The notes: generated by a model from the sequence alone, not told the origin. A DNA stretch of 56,079 nt, filler included, from Catajapyx aquilonaris (GCA_000934665.2; 4 parts of 4 records of this genome joined end to end with filler, not necessarily neighbours in it), one strand, 5' to 3'. Counted from the first letter of the whole stretch, positions 14,012 through 27,164 are shown. A program made the numbers and translations.

Positions 14012-14204
14012 ACTAAAAGAGTTGTTTTAACTCCAGCAAAGAGTTATTATAACTCATTTTTGGTAATGACCACTTTCAAGGTTTAAAAGAGTTAATTTAA
14101 CTCTTATTTTTTTAGAGAGTAATTAGGCCTGGATCTATGTAGTACTGCTCGCTAGCCGGGCGAGCAGGCCACAAGGCCTAATCCGGAAGAGTCGTGTCAA
14201 GCAT

Positions 14205-14340
14205 TTCGGTACTCCGGTGTAGAGTACACCTGCGAGTGGTAGTGTACTCCCATGTACTGCTTAGTTACCTCACTCTTTGGTGTTCCTTGGTACTCCTTGA
14301 ATTTGGTACTCCAGTGTACACTTTTCAGTCGAGTGGTTAC
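14205..14340. mobile_element. Degenerate copy of the piggyBac-like MITE at 21060-21189
   Basis: Shared TTCGGTACTCCGG...GTACTCC repeats...CAGTCGAGTGGTTA. Confidence 0.65.
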
Positions 14341-16353
14341 CCCCTTGAGTCGTGTGCATTCTGATCACTTGGTCAGGTTGTACATTATTTTTCATTTATT
14401 CGCTTTCACGCGACTTCCAGGAAATTATCCCGCGTGACCTTCGTGCCCACCTTCTCCCGTGTGAGATAAAAAATCAAGTGCATATTACGTAGAGTATATT
14501 ATATATATTTTTAAATATTAACAAATGGCATTTAAATCGCATCGTCAGGATAATTATAGTGGATTGGGGTATTACAAGAAGTACTGTATATTATTTTTTC
14601 TTCAAAATCATAGAATTTCCAAGATGCAGCATGATTCCGTCCATGAAGTATTCTGTTACAGATGGTTACCGTGTTCTCGTCATTGATGTGGTAATATTGG
14701 TTAGGTGAATATCTAGACTGTAATAAATCTGCTACAGCAAAGTAACATTTTAAAAATTTGCTCCTACAGTGCAATTATAAATGAGACTAGCTTATGAGCT
14801 TGGTTCTCACTAGGTCAAGATTGGTTTGCTTGTGACTGGCCACTACACCCGAACTGCACTGTTGGCAAATACTCCAATCTCAACAATTCCAGAGGGACGC
14901 CATAGAGACGGCTGCTTTTCTCCCCTTGCAGGCTCCGTTTGAACCACTAGCCTACCCGCCAATTAAAGTGTCCGGGAAGAGTCTCATTAGGACGCAGTCA
15001 TATTCTCTTACTACAGTACAGCAAAACAACTACAGGCGTGTTATGTATGTGCAAGAGGAATAATTCCTCTTGCACACATAACATGCCCGTAGTTGTTTCT
15101 TGTGGTGCTGGTGCCAACTGCCAAAGTACAATCTATTACATCCTTGCCATCATATACGACACTTTTGATAATCAGGGGAAATTGTCAACTGCTTTCCTGT
15201 GTGATTTCCTGATCCTTCCTTCCCACCCTCCCGTCCAGCAAGATGCACAAAGAAAAACTATCTTATGTCATGGCAATGGACTTTACAGCCCAGTGTCATC
15301 ACAAATAAAGTAACTTATAATAGCGAAATGCTGAAGTCAGCATTTCGCTAGCACTATGAAACGTTCCATGCAGCCATTCACGTAGGAATGCACGGTTATT
15401 GAACAGTCGTTATTGTACAAAACATGCATATTTGGCTTCAATATGGCATAACGATCACCATAAGTGGAGTAAGATATACCGGTATAACGTTGTATCCAGC
15501 AAGGCCAATTGAACGGCTGTCAAATTACAAAGTGTCATCGATTTTAGAGGCGCTTTATTGTGGTTATAATGAGATGATTTGCCTCCGCCGAGCCATATCT
15601 CATTTCCATCATCGGCTGTACTTGTTCTTCCTAGTGGGTCAATCGCAGTGTTTCAAGCTCAGATGTTAGCTGAAAATTCAGGACCTGAATGACTACAAGA
15701 ATTCACCCTAATACAAATTAGCTAACAAACCTCAGGAAATGTCGGAAAAAACTGATTAATAGCACACAGATGAGTGCCGAAATGATATTGTATAATGTTG
15801 ATGATACCTAGTAGGTATCTCTCAAATTCTCAATAATCAATATGAGATCTTGAAGGGAACTTAAGAGTTACAAGAATGCATGAATCACCAAATTGTTGTT
15901 GATAAATTTATGACAGCGGCAGCATTCGTCATGAAGTGCAGCCCATATACTTTATCCTAATAGGAGGAGGGAAGGTAGTTCTACCAAATGTGACGTAGAG
16001 CTCCAGGATTGTAATCAAATAAGGTACTGGTAGATTGCTTGTAGGTTACAACATCGGAGGCCAAAATTCTTTACAAATAATATAATTATAGGTACAGCTA
16101 TTTACGTGCACGTGGAGGAAAAATATAAAGTTATAATATTGTAGTAGTACAAGTACAGCACAGGCATATTTTTGCTTTCTTTTGTAGTCGGCTCCATTAA
16201 CTTGTTAGCGTCACCTCTTCGGGAGTCTTAACACTTTTACCCACAACATTTCTGTTATATTTAAAAAGAATTGAACACAACCAGAGAAACAATAATTATT
16301 GAAGTGTTCTCTGCAATAAGAAGGTAAGTGCACTTACCTTCAGTATATATATA

Positions 16354-16777
16354 CAGGGTGTATCTGAACTCAGTGCCCCGACGTATATGACTGCCTTCCT
16401 AGCCACCAGAGGATCGATTTAAGTATAGGAATCATTATGTTTGGCAGCCTCATTACTGAGATACACTCTTTAGCGATTTTTGCCTAATCGCTCCTTCTGA
16501 CTTTTAAACAGAATTTTCTGGTGTAACTAGCCAAAGAGGCCTTACCACCTGTGGGCAACAAACCAACAAAGTCCGGCCCCCAGACCTTCCAGAGCCTTCT
16601 GACTAGGGGAGGGTTCGATGGGTGGCCTAACCGACAGGATATTTTGTACTACATGTTTGCGGCCAATTATCTCCGTAATGAGGCTGCCCAGACATATGAC
16701 TCCTATACTTAAATCGATCCTCTGGTGGCTAGGAAGGCAGTCATATACGTCGGGGCACTGAGTTCAGATACACCCTG
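16354..16777. mobile_element. Tc1/mariner-type MITE with long TIRs (family 1)
   Basis: TA-CAGGGTGTATCTGAACTCAG...CTGAGTTCAGATACACCCTG-TA; near-identical arms of ~110 bp. Confidence 0.92.
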
Positions 16778-16789
16778 TATATATATATT

Positions 16790-16843
16790 TATCCTCCTGA
16801 GACCTGATGTCCAATATATTGGACATCAGGTCTCAGGAGGATA
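16790..16843. repeat. 54-bp perfect palindrome
   Basis: TATCCTCCTGAGACCTGATGTCCAATA|TATTGGACATCAGGTCTCAGGAGGATA. Confidence 0.95.
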
Positions 16844-17581
16844 TAAAGTAACGGTACTAATGAACTGGATAAAATATGGTACTAATCTCTCAGTGATTAA
16901 TTAAGTAAGTAAATATCAAAGTTTAAGAAGAAAAACGAGTAGAGCACTTGATAAACGTCCTGATATACCTTATGTAACGTGGTATCCCTGTAAAGTGAAA
17001 GTGACTGCAAAAAGAGCGATGTCGTAAAGTCGAAAGCTATCAGTTCCATTCTCCCTTTTGTGTAATATGGCAGGGCGATTTGGATGCTATTGCACACCAG
17101 TCACCATTGCGAGGAGTAAGATTGCGGGCGATTCAAAATTCGGCGGGAGTTTTAAAATCCCCGAGGGGAGCGTTTAGATCCCCCTCCTAGAAATTTCCAT
17201 CCTCCCCTCCCCTCCCCTCCTTGAAGGCACCATCTAAATCCAGATTTCTTCATTTTCCCATCCCTTGGCACAAGATGGCAGGGCCTAGTTCTATCTGCTT
17301 CATGAAGCGTGTAGGATGCAGCGATAGAAACGGAGAAGGCTTGGTTATCGTCTCCTATGAACCCACGTAAAACATTATCACTGCTCTCGCGGTAGTTTCA
17401 AGCGCCCAAATGGTGTTGGGAACTCATATTTCATTTCAGCGACTGGATGTACTTCTTCCTTCTCGCAAAACTTGAGAGGTCAAAGAAAAATCTTCCAGGA
17501 ATCAATAATGTACAATGGCCAATGGGATATCGGATATGTATTCTCTTTGCTTTACTTTTACGTCCTTTCAGTAACAACCAC

Positions 17582-17648
<67 letters not shown>
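17582..17648. repeat. (AAT)n microsatellite
   Basis: Pure trinucleotide run. Confidence 0.97.
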
Positions 17649-17649
<1 letters not shown>

Positions 17650-18162
17650 GTAATAATACCCGTCCTAAGCCAATGACCTCAGTGATATTCCCATTTTATT
17701 TCATGACTCCATACGAGTAATATATTATTGGTGGATTCTGACAGAGAAAGAAATGGCTGGACAGCAGATAACACCCATGCGAATACGGAGAAAACACAAT
17801 GAAACATCCTGTAATAACATGTAGCCTACATTCAGACAAGAAATTGAAGTCAGAAACTCAGAAGGGTAACATAGTGGCCGAAACCAGAGAGATAATGTAC
17901 GGTCAGAAAAACATAAGTTATTTCAAATGTTCATAGTGGTCATATGCTATTTAGGTTCATTTGTTACCTCCTGCCTTCCAAAACACCGGTCTTCCCCTCG
18001 CCGGATAGACTTAGCTCTTGTTTTGCCTTCTCCACTCAACCAAACTAAACCCATCTGGTGAACATAATATTGTTATCTTCTGCAGTCCAAAGAAAAAAGA
18101 AAGCAAAGAAAAAAAGTAAGAAAAAAACGAGATAATTCAAATCAAAGATTTGACATGCATTT

Positions 18163-18490
18163 TTTAAATTGGGTATAGTGCCGTACCTCAGCTGAGGTTT
18201 TGACACGGACCTGTATTTGCCAAGATGTACATTAATTTGGACAACGAAGAGCCCTGGTCCGAGGGCGGGGTGGCGGGGTGACTGGGAGGGGATGTGCAAT
18301 GTCCGCACTATGGTCATTTTGTGAGCTACCCCGGGTGGTTCATCTATCGGAAATCCCACCCTAGACGAAGCTGGAGATGACCCCGAACTCCGCACGAGAT
18401 GGAAGGGGGGAATGCCCGGGCTTGGTATCGAACAAGGGACCCTTCCATCCGTGGGCGCATACGTTACCGCAGCGCCACTTCGCCTTCCCC
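18163..18490 (-). mobile_element. tRNA-derived SINE, family S1, tail type B
   Basis: A box TGGCGCTGCGG; B box GTTCGATAC; body shared with 19115, 36028 and 42210 copies; TSD TTTGACATGYATTT at 18149 and 18493. Confidence 0.85.
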
Positions 18491-18663
18491 TGTTTGACAT
18501 GTATTTGTTTGCATGCTAATGAAGGCAGAAAAACCTGGCTTGCTGGCTCATTATGAATCTTCAGGACCAAATGGACTCGACCAAATGATATATAGCATTA
18601 TAGCAGAATAAATGCCTCTTAAAGGTACAATAACTCAAAACCGCTAAAATTGCATCATACTTA

Positions 18664-19040
18664 CAAGGGAACGACCAAGGTCGGTCGCCTCCGATTTGGT
18701 TGAAACTCGCTTGAGGGGACACGCATGTGCGATATACACAGTGGTGAAAGTCCTAGATGCCACTGTCCAGCCGTTTACGATATATGAGCGAGAGAAACAA
18801 TCCGAATTTTGGCCGCGCGTACATGTACAGGTGTCGGGCGGGAAGGAACAATTGCAAGGCCCGGCAAGGCCCCTATACCCCTATACGCGCGGCCAAAATT
18901 CGGATGTTTCTGTCTCTCATGTCTAGAAAACGGATGGGCAGTGGCATCTAGGACATTCACCACTGCGTCTATCGCACATGAGTGACCCCTCAAGCGAGTT
19001 TCAACCAAACCGGAGGCGATCGACCTTGGTCATTCCCTTG
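18664..19040. mobile_element. Foldback MITE with 3-bp TTA TSD (PIF/Harbinger-like)
   Basis: CAAGGGAACGACCAAGGTCG...CGACCTTGGTCATTCCCTTG; arms of ~170 bp; TTA on both flanks. Confidence 0.85.
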
Positions 19041-19114
19041 TTAGTATTGTAAATCATACAGTGATGGCCATATTAGTGTATTGGTCTCAGTAATACATGA
19101 ATATCCTCACCTTT

Positions 19115-19451
19115 GGGGAGGCGGAGTGGCGCCGCGGTAACGCGCGTGCCCACGGAAGTTAAGGTCCCGGGTTCAATCCCCACCCGGGGTTCCCACCTTC
19201 TTTCGTGCAGAGTTGGGCCATCTCTGGCTTCGTTTCGGGTGGCAATTTCCGGCAGACTAAGCCACCCGGGGGAGTTCACAAAATGACGATTAGAGACATT
19301 GCACTTGCACTTTGCACATCCCCTCCCACCCACCCTTGGAGCATACTAATTAAGATTCTTCTTAAACTCGCTCCAAAAACAATTCCAAAGGTGGCAACCC
19401 ACCCCCCCCCTAAGGAGTAGTATAACTCCCCCGTGGGGTAATGAAAAAAAA
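19115..19451 (+). mobile_element. tRNA-derived SINE, family S1, tail type A
   Basis: A box TGGCGCCGCGG; B box GGTTCAATCCC; A-rich end; TSD ATCCTCACCTTT at 19103 and 19452. Confidence 0.9.
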
Positions 19452-19560
19452 ATCCTCACCTTTACTTTCCATGTAAATGTCCTAAAATATTTATCTAATA
19501 ACTGAGGTTGTCCCCGTTCACACTGCATCAAATTCACTCAAATCTGTCAGAATGTGTATA

Positions 19561-19987
19561 CAGGCTGTAAATGAATTCAGGGGACAAACTTGTAGGGGTA
19601 ATAGAGGGAACCAAGAAAAACATATTTAATATAGGAACCCGTGTCCGGAAGCGCCATCTAGAGGGGGTTCATAGACAAGGAACGGGTGCGCTCAGACACG
19701 TCACGCGGGAGGCGCTAGGCGAGCGGACTGTTTTGTTGATAGATGGCGCGCAGTTGTTGCCAGGTCATGGCACATCGCATCGTTGGTTACTATCCGAGCG
19801 CCATCTATCAACAAAACAGTCCGCTCGCCTATCGCCTCCTGCGTGACGTGTCTGAGCGCAACAGTTCCTTGTCTATGAACCCCCTCTAGATGGCGTTTCC
19901 GGACACGGGTTCCTATGTCAAAAATACTTGTATTGGTCCACTCTATTACCCCTACAAGTTTGTTCCCTGCATTCATATACACCCTTG
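19561..19987. mobile_element. Tc1/mariner-type foldback MITE (family 2)
   Basis: TA flanks; inverted arms of ~190 bp (GGGACAAACTTGTAGGGGTAATAGAG...). Confidence 0.9.
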
Positions 19988-21059
19988 TATGAGTATAGTA
20001 TATTTAAATGCGTAAAATAGACTACCTAAAAGACACAGTAATGGCCAGGTGTCAAGATAGTGATGGCCACGGCAGAGAAACAATAGGGACAGTATGGACC
20101 AAAGTAATGACACCATCGGTATTAGGAAAAGCCTACGCAGGTTGTAAGGAAATATCACTGATTATTTTTATTTTGCAAGTAGGGGCCTACTGTATAGTCG
20201 TCCCACACAAGAATAGGCTGTGGCCGTTACACACAATAAGATAGGCCCATGGATTTGCTATTGCTGCGTATTTCCTCCTAAATCATTGCTGTCATTTCTC
20301 TCCAAGAATAAATCTCCTGACCATGATACTTAGGCCTACATTTGTGGCATTCGATTTTTAAAAAGTGTAACACAGTAATGTCCATGGCATGGCCATCACT
20401 ATGAAACGTCATTAGATGTTGGACAGTCATGGCCATCCAAGTGAATTCATACTCCTGAACAAAGGGACTGGTTTCAAGCCCATGCTTCAATAAAGAACTT
20501 ATAGACCAATAATTTCATATACCTCACATTGCTTTCGGGGTATTTATGAGACCAGAAACACACTCACAATGCAAAAAAGTCATTAAGAAAAAGTTACTAT
20601 TTAATAGCTGCATTCCAACATGACCAGTAGGCCTCTGGGTCAGATGCCATTACTGCTCTTGCAATGCCCGCTGTTGACTTATTTTCGACCTAGTTAATTC
20701 CAGGGACCACAGGCGTCACACCATGATCATTTCTTCATGTTATGACATTTATACACGGCCTATTTCGTAAAGAACCCAGGCGCAGTGGGCCATCACTGTA
20801 CTGTTTACATAGATGATTTATGTAGATTTTTTCTTGTATGCCCAGGATATTACGAGCACCTTTCTGAATCATGCTGCGTCAAAATAATTCATTCGTATAT
20901 GAATGGCCTCAGACACATCAGAAACAGAAGACGTTCATGGGAAGAATTAGTTCGAAAATGTGCCTGATTGAGGTGGGTGGTGATGATGATAATAATCGCC
21001 CACCTTCTAGTGAATCCTACCCCTCACGGCATTGGCAGAAGAATGGTTCAAGGGGTTAA

Positions 21060-21189
21060 CCACTTCGGTACTCCGGAGTACACCTGCAGTGGTACTCCCA
21101 GGTACGTACTCCTTAGGTATTTTACTCTTTGGTACTCCTTGGTACTCCTTGAATTTTGGTACTCCGGTGTACACTTTACAGTCGAGTGG
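21060..21189. mobile_element. piggyBac-like MITE
   Basis: TTAA-CCACT...AGTGG-TTAA with internal GTACTCC repeats. Confidence 0.75.
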
Positions 21190-21930
21190 TTAACCAGTTG
21201 GCATGGTTCACATTCAGCATGTTAAGGTTACATCTGTGAGAAATGTCAGTCATCCTGCAGATTATGCCACCCCTCGACCTTCCATGATACATGGATCGCC
21301 TCATGCACAGGATGATCTCCCATTATACACATATACGTAACATGCCGTTATCTTCGTAATTGATTCGAAATTGTCTAATGTCCAGTTACTAGCTGTTTGT
21401 TAAGCGCTATCTGTAGTTTTGTGTCAGTCACTTGCGTTCCAACAACGCGCAGTGGGTTTAAAATGTCCTTAGAGGGAAGCCTTTTATTATGGGTCACCCT
21501 GGGTAACGAACCCATAGGTTTTTTAAAACCCATGGCAACTTATATAAGAAGATAGAAGTAAACAACCAGTTATCCACCGAGTCGGTAAGCATATCAGGAT
21601 AAGGTACGGTATCTTCAGGAACTTACAGTAAGTCCCCGAGGAAATGCGCATCTTTCCCACACACTGCGTTACTTGCAATACCTGAAATACAAGAGTGCAT
21701 TTTGCCTCAAGTAAATTATCTGGACATTTTTGCCCGATACACTCTTTGCTATTACACCTCTGACACTCGTTGCTGACGCATCTGATTACCCGTGCTGTAC
21801 ATTATTGTAATGTAATACTCATCAGATTTTTCTTGTCTCTTGTGTTTATTTGATTTTTCTATATTTTTAAAATTTGCTCTATGATTTTGTACGTGATTTT
21901 TTGGAGGGGTCGCGTGTCTGCAGAGAGTTA

Positions 21931-22183
21931 AGGCCGCTACACAAATTCGGCGGATGGCTGAGCGGGCGGCAATAGTGCGTTTGGGGGCGTGGTTTGGGGC
22001 GCGGAACTGAGCGGTGGCAGTCGCACAAGTCCGTCCAGGTGGAGTTGAGCGGTTCCCACCGCACCACTTTCCGCCCGCAGCGCCACCGCCTGAATTTGTG
22101 AATTGCCACTACTCACATTCCGCGCCCCAATCGCACGTTTTCCGACCTGTCAGCCTTCCGCCGAATTTGTGTAGACGAGGCCT
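21931..22183. mobile_element. GC-rich MITE, PIF/Harbinger-like
   Basis: TIRs AGGCC..CTACACAAATTCGGCGGA / TCCGCCGAATTTGTGTAG..GGCCT. Confidence 0.7.
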
Positions 22184-22744
22184 CTACGCCTTGAATATTG
22201 TATGGCGTAGAGTACCGGTACATCCGCATCCAGGAAAATCTGCATGACGCCTATAATTTTGCATAATTTGGCATAATTTTTCTTGAGACTAACATAACAG
22301 GGACTTGATATTGTTAACTATATGGAAAGTGAAAGCTACAATAATATTGAATTAGTCATTTGGAAGAGGGGTCATCTCCACCGCAGCAAATGAGGATATG
22401 ACCCCTTTTCAAAATTACCAATTCAATTATTGCGAGGTAATGGCAAGAATGTTGAGATATAAATATTTTTCGAGATTAAAATGATCACAAAATATTATGC
22501 ATCCGCAACAATTTCTGTTATATTAATTTGTTGCACTGTACAAGGTGTACGGCACTCCATTTTTTGTGGCGCAAAATGCCTTCTAAAATGAACCTAGAAT
22601 GTAATCGACGAGGCGACAAATATTATGGTTGCAGTGTGATTTCCTTTCAGTAGGCAAAGTGTAAGTTATTACAGCATGAAATCATAAATGGCATTAAACT
22701 TCAACTGATTTAATTTACACTCTTATACTCTTACGACCTGTTAA

Positions 22745-22890
22745 GGGAAGTGGCGCAACTAAAACGCACGTCTATGAATGGAAGGGCTCTGGTTAGATCC
22801 CCCTTTCATCTAGTGGTCGTATCTGGCTTCGTCTCGGGTGGTGCTCCTTGAGACTAGCCACCCGGGGAATGCACAAAATGGCCACCTTTA
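22745..22890 (+). mobile_element. Degenerate S1 SINE copy
   Basis: GAAGTGGCGC head and TCTGGCTTCGTCTCGGGTGG...GCCACCCGGGGAATGCACAAAATG body match S1. Confidence 0.65.
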
Positions 22891-23032
22891 ACCGTAACTT
22901 ATATAGCACTTTAAACTTCACCTACCTTCCCACTCACTCTGCCAGCATATTCTGGTGATTCTACGATTTAATTTTGCCGAAAAACATCAATAAAGTAACC
23001 TACTGTCCTAGGATGTAATAATTGCCCAATTA

Positions 23033-23984
23033 CAGGCTCAAATATGACCGGTACTGATTTTTTCCCGAACAAATAAACCCGCCCAACGAATGAACGATCT
23101 CGCAACATTAAAGCCTAAACCCATCCCCTCTGTTCAGCATATGGGGGATCCTGCTCAGTCTTGTCTGGACTTTCCAGGAGAGACAAGAGAGGAGAAAGTA
23201 CCACGGAGCCTGGAACAGCGCATTGTCATGTAATTTTTCGTTAGGAGAAACGTCAATCCATTAGAAAAGCAGATATTAAAAACCAGTATGGAGAAGAGTG
23301 TCTCTTTCGAACCCATGTGTTTGAGTGGTGTAAAGCCTTCAGAAAGGGAACTGAGAGAGTGGAGAACCTCAAGACCCAAAAAGCCGCGAAGGACGCGCTC
23401 TTCTTGAAAAGTTATGGTGACGTTTTTTTTTTTTTNNNNNNNNNNNNNNNNNNNNGGGGGATTGGAAGGAAATTATGCCTGTGGATTTGTTACCAGATGG
23501 CAGAACAATCACTGCAGAATAGTTTTCAGCCATTATCTTAACAGAGGTGAAGAAACAAATCCGATCCAAGAGTAAGACTGGAGGAAATCGGATATGCTTC
23601 CTCCAAGACAAAGTGAGACCACACCGCCAAAAAAAACCATCAAAAAGTAAGGGGGGACCTCGTGCCAAACTTACACTTCATCCCAAATGTGACCTCAAGT
23701 TATTTCTACTTCAATGTTTGGAAGATGTAAGTCGGTTATAGCCCGAGTGCGCGCGGTGTGAAGACAACGATGCTGTGATGGGCAATATTGTCCCTGAGTG
23801 AATACTCCCACAACCAAATAACATTTTTGAAAAGGGGATAAAACAGCAACCAGAACTCTGAAAAATGTGTATTACAACCAGTGGGGAGTGTATCGAACGG
23901 TGACGTGTAAAATAAGTCAATGCATAATAAGGAATGTTCTTAAAAAATTAGTCTAGTTCATATTTGAAGTTTTGAACCACCTTG
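23033..23984 (+). mobile_element. Decayed mariner transposon (transposase pseudogene)
   Basis: Fragmented mariner motifs EQRIV..FF, QYGEECL.R..VFEWCKAFRKG, FLQDKVRPH and KMCITTSGECIE; imperfect TIRs containing TCAAATATGA; many stops and frameshifts. Confidence 0.8.
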
Positions 23985-25014
23985 TACTTAGAAAATAATA
24001 ATAATAATTATTATTATTATTATTATTGGTTTTTAAACGGGTAAAAACAGCACATTTCAAAATTGGACATTTGCTTCGTGTGTGATGCGCTCATTCAACC
24101 CCGAATCCCACGAGTAAGAATTTGCAGTGATTTTTCATTTTGAAATCCAATCTCTTCCCAGAGTAGGCTAATTTGCGTTTATGTACAACCAATCCCTGGT
24201 CTTCAAGAAAAAGAGGCACACTACAGATTCCATATTATTCTTACTTGTAGGCCATTCGTTTTATATGACAATATCAGAAACTTATTTTATAATCACCAAG
24301 TGTAACATAGGCCTAGACAATAATTCAGAATAGACCTATCTCTTTACTACCTCATTTTTCTAGCACGAAATTAACGATAATCGGGACGTTTGGAAGTACA
24401 ATATTGGTTACCTTGCTGCTACAAGCATGCCAGCAAACCTGCTGTATATTCTGGCCGTTGATATTACAGACTTTAATAACATTAAAGCCTTGCTCACACG
24501 GTCCGTCGGGTGCGCCGCTTAATTTCTCCAGAGACAGCGCAAAACTTGGTTCGCGGCTCTGGGTGCCAATAAACCGTGAGGGTGAGGGCAATGCACCCAG
24601 GAGAGAAAAATTGACCCTGATCTCCAGTGATTCAAAACGGAGGCGACATTTTGCTAAACTTCATGGCCAGCCAAATTATAGGGGAGAGGGAGGGGGGAGA
24701 GAAGGTTGGTCACTTGCTCAATTAAGGGACTCCATTAAGAGATTGCTGCAAAATGCACTCGAATCCCCCCCCAACTTTTTAGCTCAGATCCTTTTGGCGG
24801 AACGAAACGAGCGGTGCTTGTCAGGATGAACCCCCAAAACGAGGTTTATTAGTCCTCGTTCGTTATTTCTGGAAAGGTGCAGGAGAGTAAACAATGGGTG
24901 TGTGTAGGCTACTATTCAATATTACAAATGCCATTAGTAGGCCCATTATTTTTCTTCATAGCCCTTCGTTTATGTATAGGACTCAGTTTGCAGTCTCCGA
25001 GAAATGTAATGTAC

Positions 25015-25015
<1 letters not shown>

Positions 25016-25087
<72 letters not shown>
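25016..25087. repeat. (TAT)n microsatellite
   Basis: Pure trinucleotide run. Confidence 0.97.
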
Positions 25088-25090
<3 letters not shown>

Positions 25091-25545
25091 CTGTAATTCT
25101 ATAATATTTAATTTTCAGGGGGGGGGGGGTTTGCTTCAGATGAAATTGGCAATAACTTTTGCAAGCCCTGAAACCTGAAATAAATATAACAATGGATGGC
25201 TTCAAATCGTGCATAATACAGTAGTAACATACTGTATAAGCATTTGGGTCAAGTTTACCGTGCTCCTGTTCCTTTTGAAATGATTTTGTCGAAAATTATA
25301 TAGCCATTTTTTCTAAGTTGCATATTCTCTGTTAGATATTAGGATCTTAGAGATGTTTTTTTACCTTGATGAAAGTAACAAAAAGACAGCCAGGTATGAG
25401 AATAAACAGTTGGTGCCTGGAATGATGGTAATTTGAAAGTTTAGAAATTATTATGGGGGTACAATGTTGAGGGTCTTAAGGATAACCCAAAAGAGTGAAT
25501 AGAGTGCACATTCTGCGGGAATTTAACGTGCTTTCACTTTGCTTT

Positions 25546-25720
25546 CACCCTGCATAATATATTATGCTATCATTAGCCCTATATTAATCATTATGAAACA
25601 CCACGTATAATTATACGTGGTGTTTCATAACTCTCTCAATATTAATATTGAGAGAGGTGGTTAATAGGTATTAGGCTTTAAAAGTTATTGGTATACGTAT
25701 CAAGTAAGAATTCCGAAATA
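25546..25720. repeat. Direct repeat of 26533-26663 carrying two extra perfect palindromes
   Basis: CACCCTGCATAAT...AAGAATTCCGAAATA occurs at both sites. Confidence 0.9.
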
Positions 25721-26176
25721 CAGGGTGTATCTGTACTCAGTACACAGACGTATATGACTGCATTCCTAGGCGCCAGAGGATCAACTTATGTAGAGGAGTC
25801 ATTATGTCTGGGCCGCCTCATTACTGAGATATTTGACCCACCTAATAGTTAGCGATTTGGCTAAAGAGTGATTTGGAAATAGCAGGGAAAGTGCCAGTGC
25901 TCTTCAAAATTAGCAGCGACATTCAGAACAAATTGAAAATTTACCAACCACCACACAACGTGATGTGCAATCATAACCACCATTAATCCTTCTGACTGGG
26001 GGAGGGTTCGATGGGTGGTCTAACCGACAGGATATTTTGTATTACATGTTAGATGGCCATTATCTCAGTAATGAGGGAGCCCAGACGTAATGACTCCTCT
26101 ACATAAGTTGATCCTCTGGGGCCTAGGAAGACAGTCATATACGCATGTGTACAGTACTGAGTACAGATATACCCTG
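25721..26176. mobile_element. Tc1/mariner-type MITE (family 1, second copy)
   Basis: CAGGGTGTATCTGTACTCAG...CTGAGTACAGATATACCCTG; internal segment shared with 16354-16777. Confidence 0.9.
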
Positions 26177-26189
26177 GATATCTTAGAAG

Positions 26190-26540
26190 TATTTTAGGCA
26201 ATCATTTTAAGGATATGTGTCGTGGGTCTCGGCGGCATAGTTACCCAGAAAATGATCTTCAAACACATGGTATTAAATATCCTGGCATGCATGCGTCCCT
26301 CCACGGGATCTTACCTTTTTCATTTTTAGGTGTTACCATGTAATTTAAATATAAGATACGATCCCATTAGCGATTAGGCTAAGCAGGCAACGGCCTAGGC
26401 GATGGAAGTGTTGTCTCAGGCTGTATCCGTGACATAGAAGTTGATATGTCGCACTCTCTATTTAACGCTAATTATTATCTTATTGGTAACTATGCTTCGG
26501 ATCCCTCAAAGCGAAAGCCCGATTAATTCGCGCACCCTGC
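26190..26540. mobile_element. Older truncated copy of MITE family 3
   Basis: Collinear similarity to 26743-27156, ending GCACCCTG. Confidence 0.65.
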
Positions 26541-26742
26541 ATAATTATGCTATCATTAGCCCTATATTAATCATTATGAAACACCAGGTATAATACTGAG
26601 AGACGTGGTTAATAGGTATTAGGCTTTAAAAGTTATTGGTATATCATGTAAGAATTCCGAAATATAGCCAGTAAGCTATTTTTCTAACTAGTACACTATT
26701 AATTGGTGTTAGGTGTAGGCTCTCTTACCTGCTAAACCTATA

Positions 26743-27156
26743 CAGGGTTCGGAAATTTAATCTACCGTCGCGTCGCTTTGGGAAATGATCTGGGGGTTCT
26801 AGGCGATCACTTTGAGTATATGCAACATGGGTATCTGACGCATAGTTACCGAGATAAAGTGCAACTTAAAGCACAAGGTATAAAATATCCTGGCACGTAG
26901 CGAATTTACCTTTTTCATTTATTTAAGGTGTTACCATGTTATTTAATTTTAGTATACGATCCTGTTCGGTGTAGCATGGAATGTGCTAGGCGATGGAAGT
27001 GTCGTAAGCAGTATCCGAAACCTATAAGCTGAGATAATGCACTTTTCATTTAATGCTAATGCGACGGAGACCCATGTTGCATATATACTTAAAATGATCG
27101 CCAAGAACCCCCCGATCATTTCCCAAAGCGACGGTAGATTAAATTTCCGCACCCTG
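26743..27156. mobile_element. Tc1/mariner-type MITE (family 3)
   Basis: TA-CAGGGTTCGGAAATTTAATCTACCGTCGC...GCGACGGTAGATTAAATTTCCGCACCCTG-TA. Confidence 0.88.
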
Positions 27157-27164
27157 TAGATACC

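Noticed and set aside
19115..19190. tRNA-like sequence (also at 36028, 42480-42561, 43510-43587)
   Set aside because: No complete cloverleaf; each continues into a shared body and tail, mostly with TSDs, so these are SINE heads.
24877..25214. Poly-Ile/Tyr/Asn ORFs (also 17447-17720 and 47764-48081)
   Set aside because: Translations of (AAT)n microsatellites.
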